Assembly: GCA_035529595.1 (NCBI GenBank)
Contig: DATKWK010000035.1
Location: forward strand, 241,067 to 305,066
DNA length: 64,000 nt
Reading direction: 5' to 3'
Origin: Candidatus Bathyarchaeia archaeon
Lineage (GTDB): Bacteria > Patescibacteriota > Microgenomatia > PFEM01 > JAFGMK01
This document shows, piece after piece, positions 37,966 to 46,975 of the stretch (the stretch's first letter is position 1; each line of letters opens with the position of its first letter). The notes below the pieces were generated by a model. It was not told where the DNA came from and made no database searches. It saw nothing but the letters and a program-made list of their open reading frames with translations. The translations under genes and the position numbers were made by a program.

Positions 37966-38739
37966 TTAAAGCGGATTGGTGATGTCAATGAATTTCGTCT
38001 CTAATTCTGAAAACTCTTTTTTCAAATTTCTCTCAAGTTCATAAAGACCAATCTTTTCGGTTGCGTAGTGACCGCAGGAAAAATAACAGATTTCGCTTTC
38101 GGAAAAAAGATGAGGCCGGCTCTCACTGATTTCTCCGGTAATAAAAAGCTCAATTTCTTTTTCGCTTAAATCGGCAAGTTGCTCTCTGTTAGGAATTCCG
38201 CCTCCGGAACAAACGCCAACCCTTTTAATCATTTGACTTGGTTTACCGACAACAAAAATTTCATGATCAAAAAGCTGCTGGCATTTTTCACTGATCGTAT
38301 CCAGTCTGGCCCTTTCTGATAAATCACCGTAAAATCCCCAATTGTTCATAATCCTGCCTAAAACCTCGCCCTTTAAATTCCTTAAAATCAACGCATTATG
38401 ACCATATTTCGGATGAGCATCCATTACCCCATGAAAACCGAAAATATTAAGGTCATTAGTAAAAATCGTCTTTAAACGATTCTTAATGTAACCGGGAAGA
38501 AGGAAGTGAAAAAACTCAAATCTTTCGCCATGATGGAGAACGCAGGTATCAGCCCCCCAGTCAACTGACCGGTCTAGAAAATCCTGATTCAGACTCACTC
38601 CCAGGGCGATTTTTTTCACTTCTTCCCGGCCTTTTATCTGAATGCCATTGGCTCCATGAGTATCAGCAATCCGCCATTGGGCTAAAAAATCAGCTCCCCA
38701 ATAACTGGTGAAAAAATCAATCAGCTCTTGTCTGGTCAC
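37966..38739 (-). CDS. Nif3-family dinuclear metal centre protein (YqfO/YbgI-like)
   Basis: VLHHGERF, GVMDAHPKYGHNA and a C-terminal CGHYATE pattern typical of Nif3. Confidence 0.55.
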   Translation of the reverse strand: MTRQELIDFFTSYWGADFLAQWRIADTHGANGIQIKGREEVKKIALGVSLNQDFLDRSVDWGADTCVLHHGERFEFFHFLLPGYIKNRLKTIFTNDLNIFGFHGVMDAHPKYGHNALILRNLKGEVLGRIMNNWGFYGDLSERARLDTISEKCQQLFDHEIFVVGKPSQMIKRVGVCSGGGIPNREQLADLSEKEIELFITGEISESRPHLFSESEICYFSCGHYATEKIGLYELERNLKKEFSELETKFIDITNPL

Positions 38740-40244
38740 TTTTTCTCCTTTTGCGGTCGTAACGTCGGAAACAGAATAACTTCCTTTAACGTATGAACGC
38801 CAGTTAAAAGAGTCAGTAGTCGGTCGAGACCCATTCCCCAGCCAGCGGTTGGCGGCATCCCATATTCAAGCGCCCGGATATAAGCATCGTCCAATCGTTC
38901 AGCCTCCTTGGCTCCCCTGATAACCAACTTCTCTGCCTCAAGCCATCGCTTCTTTTGATCTTGCGGATCATTCAACTCATTATACGCCTTCACCAGTTCA
39001 AAACCGTTAACTAATAGCTGAAAACTGGCGATTTTGTCCGGACTTTTCTCTTTTCTCTTGGCTAAAGTAATCATACTGGCCGGATAATCCAATAAGAAAG
39101 TCGGCTGAATGACCTTCGGTCTCATTCTTTCTTTATAAAGTTTATCAAAGATTTCTCCACAACCGAAAACCCCTTTCAAGTCAATATCGATTTTTCTTTT
39201 CCTAATCGCGGCTAAAAGTTCGTCTTCTGTTTTAACCTTATCGGCGTCAATTCCCGTCTCCTGAAGGAGAAAATCACGAAAATTAAGCCGGCGAATCGGA
39301 CTGCTAAAATCCAAAACAGTCTCTTCATATTTGAGCTTCGTCTTTCCCAAAGTCTTTTTAAGTACTAAATTAATCAGTTCTTCGGTTAATGTCATCAAAT
39401 CCTCATAATTAGCATAAGCCCAATAAAATTCAACCATAGTAAACTCAGGATTATGCTGCCGGCTTAACCCTTCATTCCGAAAATCTTTACCGATCTCATA
39501 TACTTTTTCAAAACCGCCAACAATAAGTCGTTTAAGATAAAGTTCGTCGGAAATTCGCAGATAGAGATTACAATTGAGAGCGTTATGGTAAGTAACAAAT
39601 GGTCGAGCGGCGGCACCGCCGTACATTGGTTGTAAAATCGGAGTCTCTACCTCTAAGAAACCGTGATCGTCAAGAAACTTCCTGATTGACGTTAACACCT
39701 TAGACCGGAGATAAAAAATATCTCTAATTTTAGAATTCACAATCAAATCGATATATCTTTCCCGATATCTTTCTTCAACATCTTTCAAACCATACCACTT
39801 ATCCGGCAGCGGTCGGATTGATTTCGTTAAGAGATGAAAACTCTTCACCAGAACAGAGATTTCGCCGGCTTTGGTGGTAAAAATTTCACCTTGGACGTCA
39901 ATAAAGTCGCCAATATCAAGAAGTTTTAATAACTGAAGATGATGCTGGCTTTGATCATCAATCTTAAAAACCAATTGAATTTCCCCGGATTCATCAATCA
40001 GATCAAAAAAATGAATTCCGCCATGCCCGCGGATTGCCATGATTCGACCGGCAATCGAAACCTTTTTAGCCATCATTTGCCGGGCTTTGGTAATCGTCTG
40101 ATCTCGCCGGCAACCCGCTGGATAAGGATTAATATCGTGTTCTCGAATTTTGGCAAGCTTATCCAAACGAATTTTTCTCAATTGTTGAAGCGGAGTTGTC
40201 ATTTTTCTTAAGTATAGAGGCAAATAACGCAAAAAACAACTCAA
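38736..40244 (-). CDS. lysS: Lysyl-tRNA synthetase, class II
   Basis: Anticodon-binding OB domain, then motifs FLEVETPILQ, FRNEGLSRQHNPEFTMVEFY and GMGLDRLL. The start is probably the internal MTTPLQQL. Confidence 0.9.
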   Translation of the reverse strand: MSCFLRYLPLYLRKMTTPLQQLRKIRLDKLAKIREHDINPYPAGCRRDQTITKARQMMAKKVSIAGRIMAIRGHGGIHFFDLIDESGEIQLVFKIDDQSQHHLQLLKLLDIGDFIDVQGEIFTTKAGEISVLVKSFHLLTKSIRPLPDKWYGLKDVEERYRERYIDLIVNSKIRDIFYLRSKVLTSIRKFLDDHGFLEVETPILQPMYGGAAARPFVTYHNALNCNLYLRISDELYLKRLIVGGFEKVYEIGKDFRNEGLSRQHNPEFTMVEFYWAYANYEDLMTLTEELINLVLKKTLGKTKLKYEETVLDFSSPIRRLNFRDFLLQETGIDADKVKTEDELLAAIRKRKIDIDLKGVFGCGEIFDKLYKERMRPKVIQPTFLLDYPASMITLAKRKEKSPDKIASFQLLVNGFELVKAYNELNDPQDQKKRWLEAEKLVIRGAKEAERLDDAYIRALEYGMPPTAGWGMGLDRLLTLLTGVHTLKEVILFPTLRPQKEKK

Positions 40245-40358
40245 ATCCTGAAAATATTATTGGTGAAACCGTAAAGAAAGCCAGTCCTTAAATTCCCCGT
40301 ATCAGAAAAACAGTCCTAGATATTCCGGAGTTTTTAAATTTCTCTTAGCCAAGTTATT

Positions 40359-40847
40359 TTACTCAATTCTGATAATCCGATAGATAAGTTTTCCGATCGG
40401 AGCCTCAACCTCCACTTCAGCCCCACTTTTTTTACCCAGTAGTTTTTGACCCAAGGGAGACTTATGAGAAATCTTTTGCGAGGAGGGATCAGCTTCCCAC
40501 TCACCGACGAGATGAAAAACAATCTCCTGGTTATCAAGTTGAACGGTAACTTTACTCCCTATACCAACACATTCTCCATTACTGCCCTTTCCTTTAATTA
40601 CTACGGCATTTGCAATCACGTCCCGAATCTCATCAATCCGGCCATCAATTAAAGCTAAATCTTCTCTGGCTCGAGAATATTCCTGATTTTCACTGAGGTC
40701 GCCTTGATCACGGGCAACCGCTAACCGCTCGACAATCTCGGGTCTCTTTTCGTCTTTTAAGCGAACAAATTCACTTTTCAAGTCGTTAAGACCCTCGGTC
40801 GTTAAATGAATTTTTTGCGGAATCTTAATTTTATTCACAGTAACCAC
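40359..40847 (-). CDS. greA: Transcription elongation factor GreA
   Basis: 162 aa. N-terminal coiled coil with DLSENQEYSRAREDLALIDGRIDEI and a C-terminal FKBP-like domain. GGAGG RBS upstream. Confidence 0.9.
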   Translation of the reverse strand: MVTVNKIKIPQKIHLTTEGLNDLKSEFVRLKDEKRPEIVERLAVARDQGDLSENQEYSRAREDLALIDGRIDEIRDVIANAVVIKGKGSNGECVGIGSKVTVQLDNQEIVFHLVGEWEADPSSQKISHKSPLGQKLLGKKSGAEVEVEAPIGKLIYRIIRIE

Positions 40848-41015
40848 ACTACCTCCCCCAACAAATTATATTAAATAAGGCCAAAGGGGTTATTTCTAGA
40901 AGGGTTAAACTATAGAGGAGATTTTATCGTCATTGATTCATTCTGTCAAGAGTTAAAAAATGCCTTACTTTTGGTCTTTTCTAATTCAATTATTTCTTAA
41001 CCCTGATTTTGGGCT

Positions 41016-41687
41016 TCATTTCAGTTGAAATCTGTAGACAGGAAGAGTTCTCAAATACTTTACTATTGAATCGTCAGTAATCTCGTTAAGATTAAAGTTA
41101 ACGCTGCTTTGAATTTGCTTTTCCAGTTCCAGACAGTCTTGTTTCATCTGTTTTAACTCCCCTGAAGCTACCCGGCGATCCCTTTTCCGATAACGCCTGA
41201 TAACATCGTCCAGCCTTTCAGCGGTGGCCGCGACGCCGTAAGGCGCTACCCGACAGTCAGCGTAATTGCATATTTTCCGGTTCCAATCATAGCCTTTTAA
41301 TACTCGAACCAAGTTTCTACTGCCGATATTCTTAAAGACATAAATAACTTTATCAGAAATACCGACTTCTTTAGCGATTTTTACTGTGGCAGCGTGTTCT
41401 TCACTGCCATATTTCCGGATAAAGTCTTTTTGGATACTCTTCCAGTAATCGAGTCTTTCTTCATCGTCTTGCAAAAAATGGGAGTAGTTTTCAAAATCGA
41501 ACCTGATAATATTGGCAATATCGTGAATCAAAAGAACCTGGGTAATGATCCCCTTATCAATCTCTTTGCTGCCAACCCAGCCGTTGACAACTTGCAGCCC
41601 GACAGAAGCCACTTTATATAAATGTTCCTGCAGGTTTGGTGGAACCTGGTACTCCCGGTATAATTCGGACGCAGTTTTGGAAAACAT
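41016..41687 (-). CDS. HD-domain protein
   Basis: VLLIHDIANI (HD motif) preceded by a His-containing helix. 223 aa. Confidence 0.45.
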   Translation of the reverse strand: MFSKTASELYREYQVPPNLQEHLYKVASVGLQVVNGWVGSKEIDKGIITQVLLIHDIANIIRFDFENYSHFLQDDEERLDYWKSIQKDFIRKYGSEEHAATVKIAKEVGISDKVIYVFKNIGSRNLVRVLKGYDWNRKICNYADCRVAPYGVAATAERLDDVIRRYRKRDRRVASGELKQMKQDCLELEKQIQSSVNFNLNEITDDSIVKYLRTLPVYRFQLK

Positions 41688-41707
41688 AAAAAATCCAATG
41701 AAGTATT

Positions 41708-41734
41708 ATAGCCTATTTGTTAATTAGCTTGCCA
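41708..41734. promoter_or_regulatory. Copy 1 of a 26-bp motif TAGCCTRTTTGTTAATTRGCTTGCCA, about 85 bp upstream of the Nudix gene
   Basis: tagcctatttgttaattagcttgcca. A second copy sits at 44193-44219 upstream of the CYTH gene. Confidence 0.35.
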
Positions 41735-41818
41735 ATAGCTGAAAAAACCATAGTAAATTCATCATATTAAAAACGTTTAGCCATAAAAAAGCTATTTTGA
41801 TTTGATATACTTAAAGTT

Positions 41819-42397
41819 ATGGGGAACAAAGGGAAAAAATTGAAAAAATGGCAACTTCTTGACTCGTCAATGGCTTTTGATAACCAATGGTTTAAAGTCA
41901 GACAGGACAAGGTAAAACTAACCAATGGAAAGGTTCTTGACGACTATTTTATTTGGCTTAAGGGTAATGTTTCGATGATCGTCCCGATTACCGAAAGAAA
42001 TGAGTTAGTTTTTGTCAGACAGTATAAACACGGCGCCGGCCAAATAATGATCGAGTATCCGGCCGGTTTTGTCGATCCGGGAGAGACTCCCCTCGAGACA
42101 GCTAAAAGAGAATTAAGAGAAGAGACCGGCTATTCGGCTAAGTTGACTTTTATTGGTAAACACAAAAATGAACCAACTAAAGTAACTGGCATAATTTATC
42201 TTTATTTGGCCAAGAATCTGAGACCGGCAAAAATTACTACTCGCGACGATAACGAAGACATCGAAGTTCTAAAGATTCCCTTTAAAGATACTCTAAAAAT
42301 GATAAAAAACGGAAAAATCTGGGCTAGCGAAACTGTGGCGGCAACTTTTTTGGCTTTTAACCAGCTAAAGTTTTTCCGGAAACTGGATTGGAAGTGA
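41819..42397 (+). CDS. NUDIX hydrolase (ADP-ribose pyrophosphatase-like)
   Basis: Nudix box GFVDPGETPLETAKRELREETGY. Confidence 0.8.
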   Translation: MGNKGKKLKKWQLLDSSMAFDNQWFKVRQDKVKLTNGKVLDDYFIWLKGNVSMIVPITERNELVFVRQYKHGAGQIMIEYPAGFVDPGETPLETAKRELREETGYSAKLTFIGKHKNEPTKVTGIIYLYLAKNLRPAKITTRDDNEDIEVLKIPFKDTLKMIKNGKIWASETVAATFLAFNQLKFFRKLDWK

Positions 42398-42454
42398 AAC
42401 CGATAATCGAATAAAACATTATACCGGACCAACTAAATACCGGGCTTAAATTTA

Positions 42455-43027
42455 ATGAAACAAACTAAGATCAGCTTAATCAGCGCTTCCATCTCTGGTT
42501 ATTTTCTTTTAACTGCTATCTTCCTCCAGGCACTGGTATTTCCCTTAAAAAACGTTGACTTTATCTACGAAGGCGCCATTATTACTTATTTCATAGAATT
42601 TATTAACATCCATTCAACCGTCTCCTTGCTTATGGCCAGAAGCAGACAAACAGTTTCTAAATTAACTGTACAATCTTTGCTATTAGTTTATCTTTTTTTT
42701 GCTTTCATTCTAATGTTAAATGCAAAAAATAAACTATTGATTATCTATTTCACCATTAGCCTGATAAACAAAATATTATTCAACCAGTCGCTACCGAATA
42801 AGAATACCTCCTTTATAGTTACCTTTTTGCTTCTTGGCAGTGTCGGGCTGGCAATATTAACCGGGCCGGTGTGGAAGTTTTTATTCCCATTCCCTCCGGA
42901 GGTGTTATTAATGAGGCCGAAAAATATTAGTGGTTTATTCGTCGATGTACCCCAGATATTATTAGCCTGGGGAGTAATCTATACTTTAGCGATGGGCATT
43001 TACGAAATTCGCTTCCTTAAAAACTAA
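42455..43027 (+). CDS. Polytopic membrane protein, hypothetical
   Basis: 190 aa, 5-6 TM helices, very AT-rich. Confidence 0.35.
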   Translation: MKQTKISLISASISGYFLLTAIFLQALVFPLKNVDFIYEGAIITYFIEFINIHSTVSLLMARSRQTVSKLTVQSLLLVYLFFAFILMLNAKNKLLIIYFTISLINKILFNQSLPNKNTSFIVTFLLLGSVGLAILTGPVWKFLFPFPPEVLLMRPKNISGLFVDVPQILLAWGVIYTLAMGIYEIRFLKN

Positions 43028-43093
43028 CATTATCTAAATACAGATTCTGGACTTGATGTGGCGAAGATTTGTGATCTTTCCGAAGAGAGTTTC

Positions 43094-43702
43094 CTATTCC
43101 AACTTAGAACAAGATAAATATTTTTTATATTTATTGTCTTTTTTGATTTCCTTACTGATTAAGTTTCGAATTATCTGAGAGCGGCTTTTCCGGTATTTAT
43201 TAGCCGCCCAATCAAGAAAATATTTTTGGCTTTTATCAAGAACAATATTGTAGCGACTATAGCCTTTCTCCAGTTTACAATAGCCGATAAATTCATCAAT
43301 TATTGCCTGATAACTTTTCAAGTCATAGAGCTTTACCGTCAGAAAGCGTGATTCCAAGGCTTCGATATAAGAGTCAGCGAAACTGTTATCCCGGAAAAGT
43401 CTCATTACTAATGTCGGCTTCCTTTTCTGAATTGAGTAGTAAATTTGATGGGAGGAGCTGAAATTGGGCACCGTATACTCGATAACTGAGAAATCCGCTT
43501 GGTCAATCGCCTGCAAAACCGTTTTATAGACATTTTTAATATCTCTCTTCCCCTCGGGATCGCTTTTCTTGTATTCGTAAGCCTCCTCTAACCAATCTCC
43601 GGTAATCACAAAACCTAGTTCAATTAAATAATTCCGAATAGCAAAATAATAATCTTTGTACTCAAGCAGTTTAGTGGTCGTTGTCCCAAACCAGACTTTC
43701 AT
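43094..43702 (-). CDS. Protein with a C-terminal ribbon-helix-helix DNA-binding domain and an N-terminal domain of unknown function
   Basis: C-terminus RYNIVLDKSQKYFLDWAANKYRKSRSQIIRNLI fits the RHH (CopG/Arc) pattern of a strand followed by two helices. Confidence 0.4.
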   Translation of the reverse strand: MKVWFGTTTTKLLEYKDYYFAIRNYLIELGFVITGDWLEEAYEYKKSDPEGKRDIKNVYKTVLQAIDQADFSVIEYTVPNFSSSHQIYYSIQKRKPTLVMRLFRDNSFADSYIEALESRFLTVKLYDLKSYQAIIDEFIGYCKLEKGYSRYNIVLDKSQKYFLDWAANKYRKSRSQIIRNLISKEIKKDNKYKKYLSCSKLE

Positions 43703-43726
43703 AAAGTTGTGGAAAAAGTATAGTTA

Positions 43727-43745
43727 TTGTGTATTGACTACACAA
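43727..43745. promoter_or_regulatory. Perfect inverted repeat TTGTGTA-TTGAC-TACACAA overlapping a -35-like TTGACT upstream of the MazG-like gene
   Basis: 7-bp arms. TTGACT, a 17-nt spacer and TAGCAT follow. It is divergent from the RHH-protein gene, so it is a plausible operator. Confidence 0.3.
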
Positions 43746-43783
43746 CTATTTAAGAATAGCATAATTTTTAAAAATAAAAAACT

Positions 43784-44197
43784 ATGGCCAAACTCGAAAA
43801 ACTTATTAAAGAAATAATTAAATTCAATCGGGCTCACGGCTGGCAACCAACGGCTGTTGATTGCGCCAAATCGATTGTTATTGAAGCTGCCGAACTGTTG
43901 GAACATTTCCAATGGGACGATTCAAACGGGCTGGAAAAAAGAGGTCTTGCCCAAAAAGACTGGGAAGAAATTAAACTGGAACTGGCAGATGTTTTTTGGT
44001 ATCTAATCGCTTTCTGCCAGGCAGCTGAATTTGACCTGAGCGAATGTGTGGATAAGAAAATCAAGCACAATAAAAAGAAGTACCCCTCAGATATGTTCAA
44101 CGGCCGGCACAATGAAAAATTTTACCGCGAGCAAAAAGAAAGATACCGGAAAGCACACCGTAAAAACCAAACCTCGGGTTTTAAAAAAACATTGTAG
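43784..44197 (+). CDS. MazG-like nucleoside triphosphate pyrophosphohydrolase (all-alpha NTP-PPase)
   Basis: EAAELLEHFQW ... EIKLELADVFWYLIAF matches the MazG/dCTPase-like EExxE...ExxD pattern. Confidence 0.6.
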   Translation: MAKLEKLIKEIIKFNRAHGWQPTAVDCAKSIVIEAAELLEHFQWDDSNGLEKRGLAQKDWEEIKLELADVFWYLIAFCQAAEFDLSECVDKKIKHNKKKYPSDMFNGRHNEKFYREQKERYRKAHRKNQTSGFKKTL

Positions 44198-44219
44198 CCT
44201 GTTTGTTAATTGGCTTGCC
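44193..44219. promoter_or_regulatory. Copy 2 of the 26-bp motif (tagcctgtttgttaattggcttgcca), followed by a GC palindrome
   Basis: 24 of 26 positions match the copy at 41708. It starts at the MazG stop codon and lies about 93 bp upstream of the CYTH start. It is followed by the hairpin cagcctaaggctgcagcc. Confidence 0.35.
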
Positions 44220-44311
44220 AGCCTAAGGCTGCAGCCTTATTACTGCTCCGCCTAAGTACCGAAACCTAAAATACCCCTGAATAATCGAATAAAATAAATT
44301 ATAATCAAGTC

Positions 44312-44890
44312 ATGGCTATCGAATACGAGGCGACTTTTGCCAACATCAATAAGAATCGAATTCGCAGTAAGCTAAAAAATATGGGGGCAAAGCTGGTGAA
44401 AGCCGAATTTATGCAAAAACGCATCGTATTTCATTTACCAAAAGGCCACGAGATAAAAGGAGGCTGGTTAAGAGTAAGGGACGAGAGCGATAAAATTACC
44501 TTAAGTCTTAAAATTGTAATTGGCGATGGGATCGAAAACCAAAACGAAATATGCCTGAAAATTGATAATTTTGAAGAAGCAGTTAAGTTGCTAGAACAAA
44601 TTGGCTGCCGGCAAAAAGCATACCAAGAATCAAAACGGGAAATTTGGGAGATAGATGGAGTCGAAGTTACAATTGATGAGTGGCCGTTTCTTGAGCCTTA
44701 TGTAGAAGTAGAAGGAACTTCAGAAGAGGCAGTAAAAAATATGAGTGATAAATTAGGGTTTGATTATAGCGAGGCAATTTTTGACAGCGTTGATTACCTT
44801 TACAGCAAAAAATACAATATTTCGAAAGATATTGTTAACAACTCGACTCCCAGAATAGTTTTCGGAAAAGAAAACCCTTTCCAGAAATAG
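44312..44890 (+). CDS. CYTH-domain protein (triphosphate tunnel metalloenzyme / CyaB-like)
   Basis: N-terminal IEYEATF (ExExK-type) and RVRDESDKITLSLK, plus the later acidic EIDGVEVTIDEW pattern. Confidence 0.55.
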   Translation: MAIEYEATFANINKNRIRSKLKNMGAKLVKAEFMQKRIVFHLPKGHEIKGGWLRVRDESDKITLSLKIVIGDGIENQNEICLKIDNFEEAVKLLEQIGCRQKAYQESKREIWEIDGVEVTIDEWPFLEPYVEVEGTSEEAVKNMSDKLGFDYSEAIFDSVDYLYSKKYNISKDIVNNSTPRIVFGKENPFQK

Positions 44891-44971
44891 ATCCTTGGTG
44901 AACCAAAAAGTCGTAGTTCGAAACTAAGCTACTCCTGAGCTAATGAAGTACTATAGGTAAAAAAATAATCT

Positions 44972-45853
44972 ATGAGGACGCGGATAAAATACTCACAAAA
45001 CTTTCTGACAAACGCCGGACTGGTTAATAATATTTTGTCTAAATCATCAATAAACCACCAGGATACAGTCTTAGAAATCGGGGCTGGTGAAGGAATAATT
45101 ACCCAAGAGCTACTTAAGCGTGCTAAAAAGGTGATCGCCTATGAAGTTGATAATAACTGGTATCACAAACTCAGCGAACGGTTTCTAAAGGCTGGCAACA
45201 AACTTGAAGTAATAGGAGCTAACTTTTTGACCGTCCCACTGCCTAACTTTCCCTATAAAGTTTTTTCCAATATTCCTTTTAATATCACCGCTGACGTTAT
45301 TAAAAAGCTGGTATTCAGCAATAATCCACCGGAGGATATTTACTTGATAACGCAAAAGGAGGCAGCGGCTAAATTTTTGGGTAAGCCCGTAGGCGATAAG
45401 AATAGTTTGCTGTCCATAGTAATCGGAAACATATTCGGAGGATCAGTTTTCTATACCTTCAGGAAAACCAACTTTTCCCCAATTCCTGCTGTAGATATAG
45501 TTATGCTTAGGCTAAAGCGATTGGAACGGCCACATGCAGAACCGCCAGGCCTATTTAGCGACTTTGCAGCGTTCGGTTTCAGTCAATTCGAACCCAACAT
45601 CCATAAGGGACTGGGCAAGGTGATGAGCGAAAGTTTAATTGTTCAAACGGCAAAGGAAAACAATTTTTATCCATCATATAAACCCAGCAAACTAGACCTT
45701 AAACACTGGTTAGCGCTTTTCAACAAATTTTTAGCAAACGGAAACACGCAAAAAGTAGCCGGCAGCTATAAGAAAATACTTCTTCAGCAATCCAAACTCC
45801 AAAAGGTTCACCGGACACGCGTGGATAAGAATTGGAAAAGATTTAGTGAATAG
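44972..45853 (+). CDS. Erm-family rRNA adenine N6-methyltransferase (23S rRNA, MLS-resistance-type) rather than KsgA
   Basis: KYSQNFLTN, EIGAGEGIITQEL and KVFSNIPFNITADVIKKLVF closely match the ErmC blocks HSQNF / EIGSGKG / [20 protein letters not shown]. Confidence 0.65.
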   Translation: MRTRIKYSQNFLTNAGLVNNILSKSSINHQDTVLEIGAGEGIITQELLKRAKKVIAYEVDNNWYHKLSERFLKAGNKLEVIGANFLTVPLPNFPYKVFSNIPFNITADVIKKLVFSNNPPEDIYLITQKEAAAKFLGKPVGDKNSLLSIVIGNIFGGSVFYTFRKTNFSPIPAVDIVMLRLKRLERPHAEPPGLFSDFAAFGFSQFEPNIHKGLGKVMSESLIVQTAKENNFYPSYKPSKLDLKHWLALFNKFLANGNTQKVAGSYKKILLQQSKLQKVHRTRVDKNWKRFSE

Positions 45854-45894
45854 AGTTCGTTTCGCAAAAACTATTTATCCAGGATAGCGTGTAG

Positions 45895-45935
45895 GATTCT
45901 TACACGCCGGGTGTGTAGTTAATTGATATAATTAC
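45895..45935 (+). repeat. Promoter/operator-like repeat, copy 1 (shares the first ~30 bp)
   Basis: ttcttacacgccgggtgtgtagttaattga, followed by tataat. About 10 bp upstream of the 45942 ORF. Confidence 0.5.
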
Positions 45936-45941
45936 CTCATA

Positions 45942-46703
45942 GTGGTAGAACAAAGATTAAATATGGCTTTAATTAAGGTTAAAGACGCACCGCCGTTTCT
46001 CGTTCTCACGCTTTTTGGTCAGAGCTACGATAAGTACCGACACGCTGAACAAATCTTCCTCCTCTTACAGGAGATTGAGTTTAAATGGTCTGCCGTGATC
46101 ATTGCCTTCAATTTGATATTAGGGCAAGAAAAAGTCATACAAGAGCTACACAAAGATACCACGCCCAAGGTAAGAAGCTATGAACCCGAGGTTAAACAGA
46201 TGGCATATTTAGGATTTTTTCTTGACACAATCTATGCACTAACAGAAAGATGCTCGCACGTAACAAAAATCTTTCACAATGGTAAATTAAAGGAGGGTTT
46301 TAACAGACAAAGACAGGTATTACTTAAGAAACCCGAGATTGATCCACCACTCGCAAAATTGTTGAGTCAAATTAAATGGTATGCCTTGTTCAGAGAAGTA
46401 AGAGTTCAACACTCCCACTACGGATCCTCTGTATTAGCATTCGGATATGACAAAGAGCCGCAAACCGGCTCCTCTCAACTGATAATTGAGATTGGAGGCG
46501 GGGAGGAAAAGAAGGTACTTACAGGAAAACGATACAATTTTGACCTTCGTAAAACAGCAGAGATCAAAGAGGGTATTGAGAAGTTTATTCAACAGTGGGC
46601 TTTAGTATTGCTTAAAAAATTAGATACGAACGCTACTATCTCGAGAGACCCGAAACAAAAAGAGGAAATACCCTTAGAAAAATTCATGGAAGGCAGGAGT
46701 TAG
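45942..46703 (+). CDS. Hypothetical protein
   Basis: 253-aa ORF preceded by repeat copy 1. No motifs recognised. Confidence 0.4.
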   Translation: MVEQRLNMALIKVKDAPPFLVLTLFGQSYDKYRHAEQIFLLLQEIEFKWSAVIIAFNLILGQEKVIQELHKDTTPKVRSYEPEVKQMAYLGFFLDTIYALTERCSHVTKIFHNGKLKEGFNRQRQVLLKKPEIDPPLAKLLSQIKWYALFREVRVQHSHYGSSVLAFGYDKEPQTGSSQLIIEIGGGEEKKVLTGKRYNFDLRKTAEIKEGIEKFIQQWALVLLKKLDTNATISRDPKQKEEIPLEKFMEGRS

Positions 46704-46805
46704 TTTCCAGACACCCACCAATAGGACTCACCTATAAATGACATAAAGAAGAATAACCCCCGCTCCTGTTAATTTGATATAAACTGCGATATAAAAACAA
46801 CTCAC

Positions 46806-46866
46806 GGTTCTTTCACACTCGGTGTGTAATTATATTGACACCTTAGGTATTTGGTAATATTTTTTA
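46806..46866 (+). repeat. Promoter/operator-like repeat, copy 2
   Basis: ttctttcacactcggtgtgtaattatattgacaccttaggtatttggtaatatttttt. Nearly identical to copy 3. It contains TTGACA and TAATAT/TATTTT boxes and a CACNCCNGGTGTG near-palindrome. Confidence 0.55.
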
Positions 46867-46975
46867 GGAGAACAATCTTAGCTAATAGTTGATTCAGCAC
46901 CTTAATAAAGAGAGCAATTATGTTAAAATAATATTAGATAAAAGCTATTAGGCCTCAGTGATATTGTAAATATAT

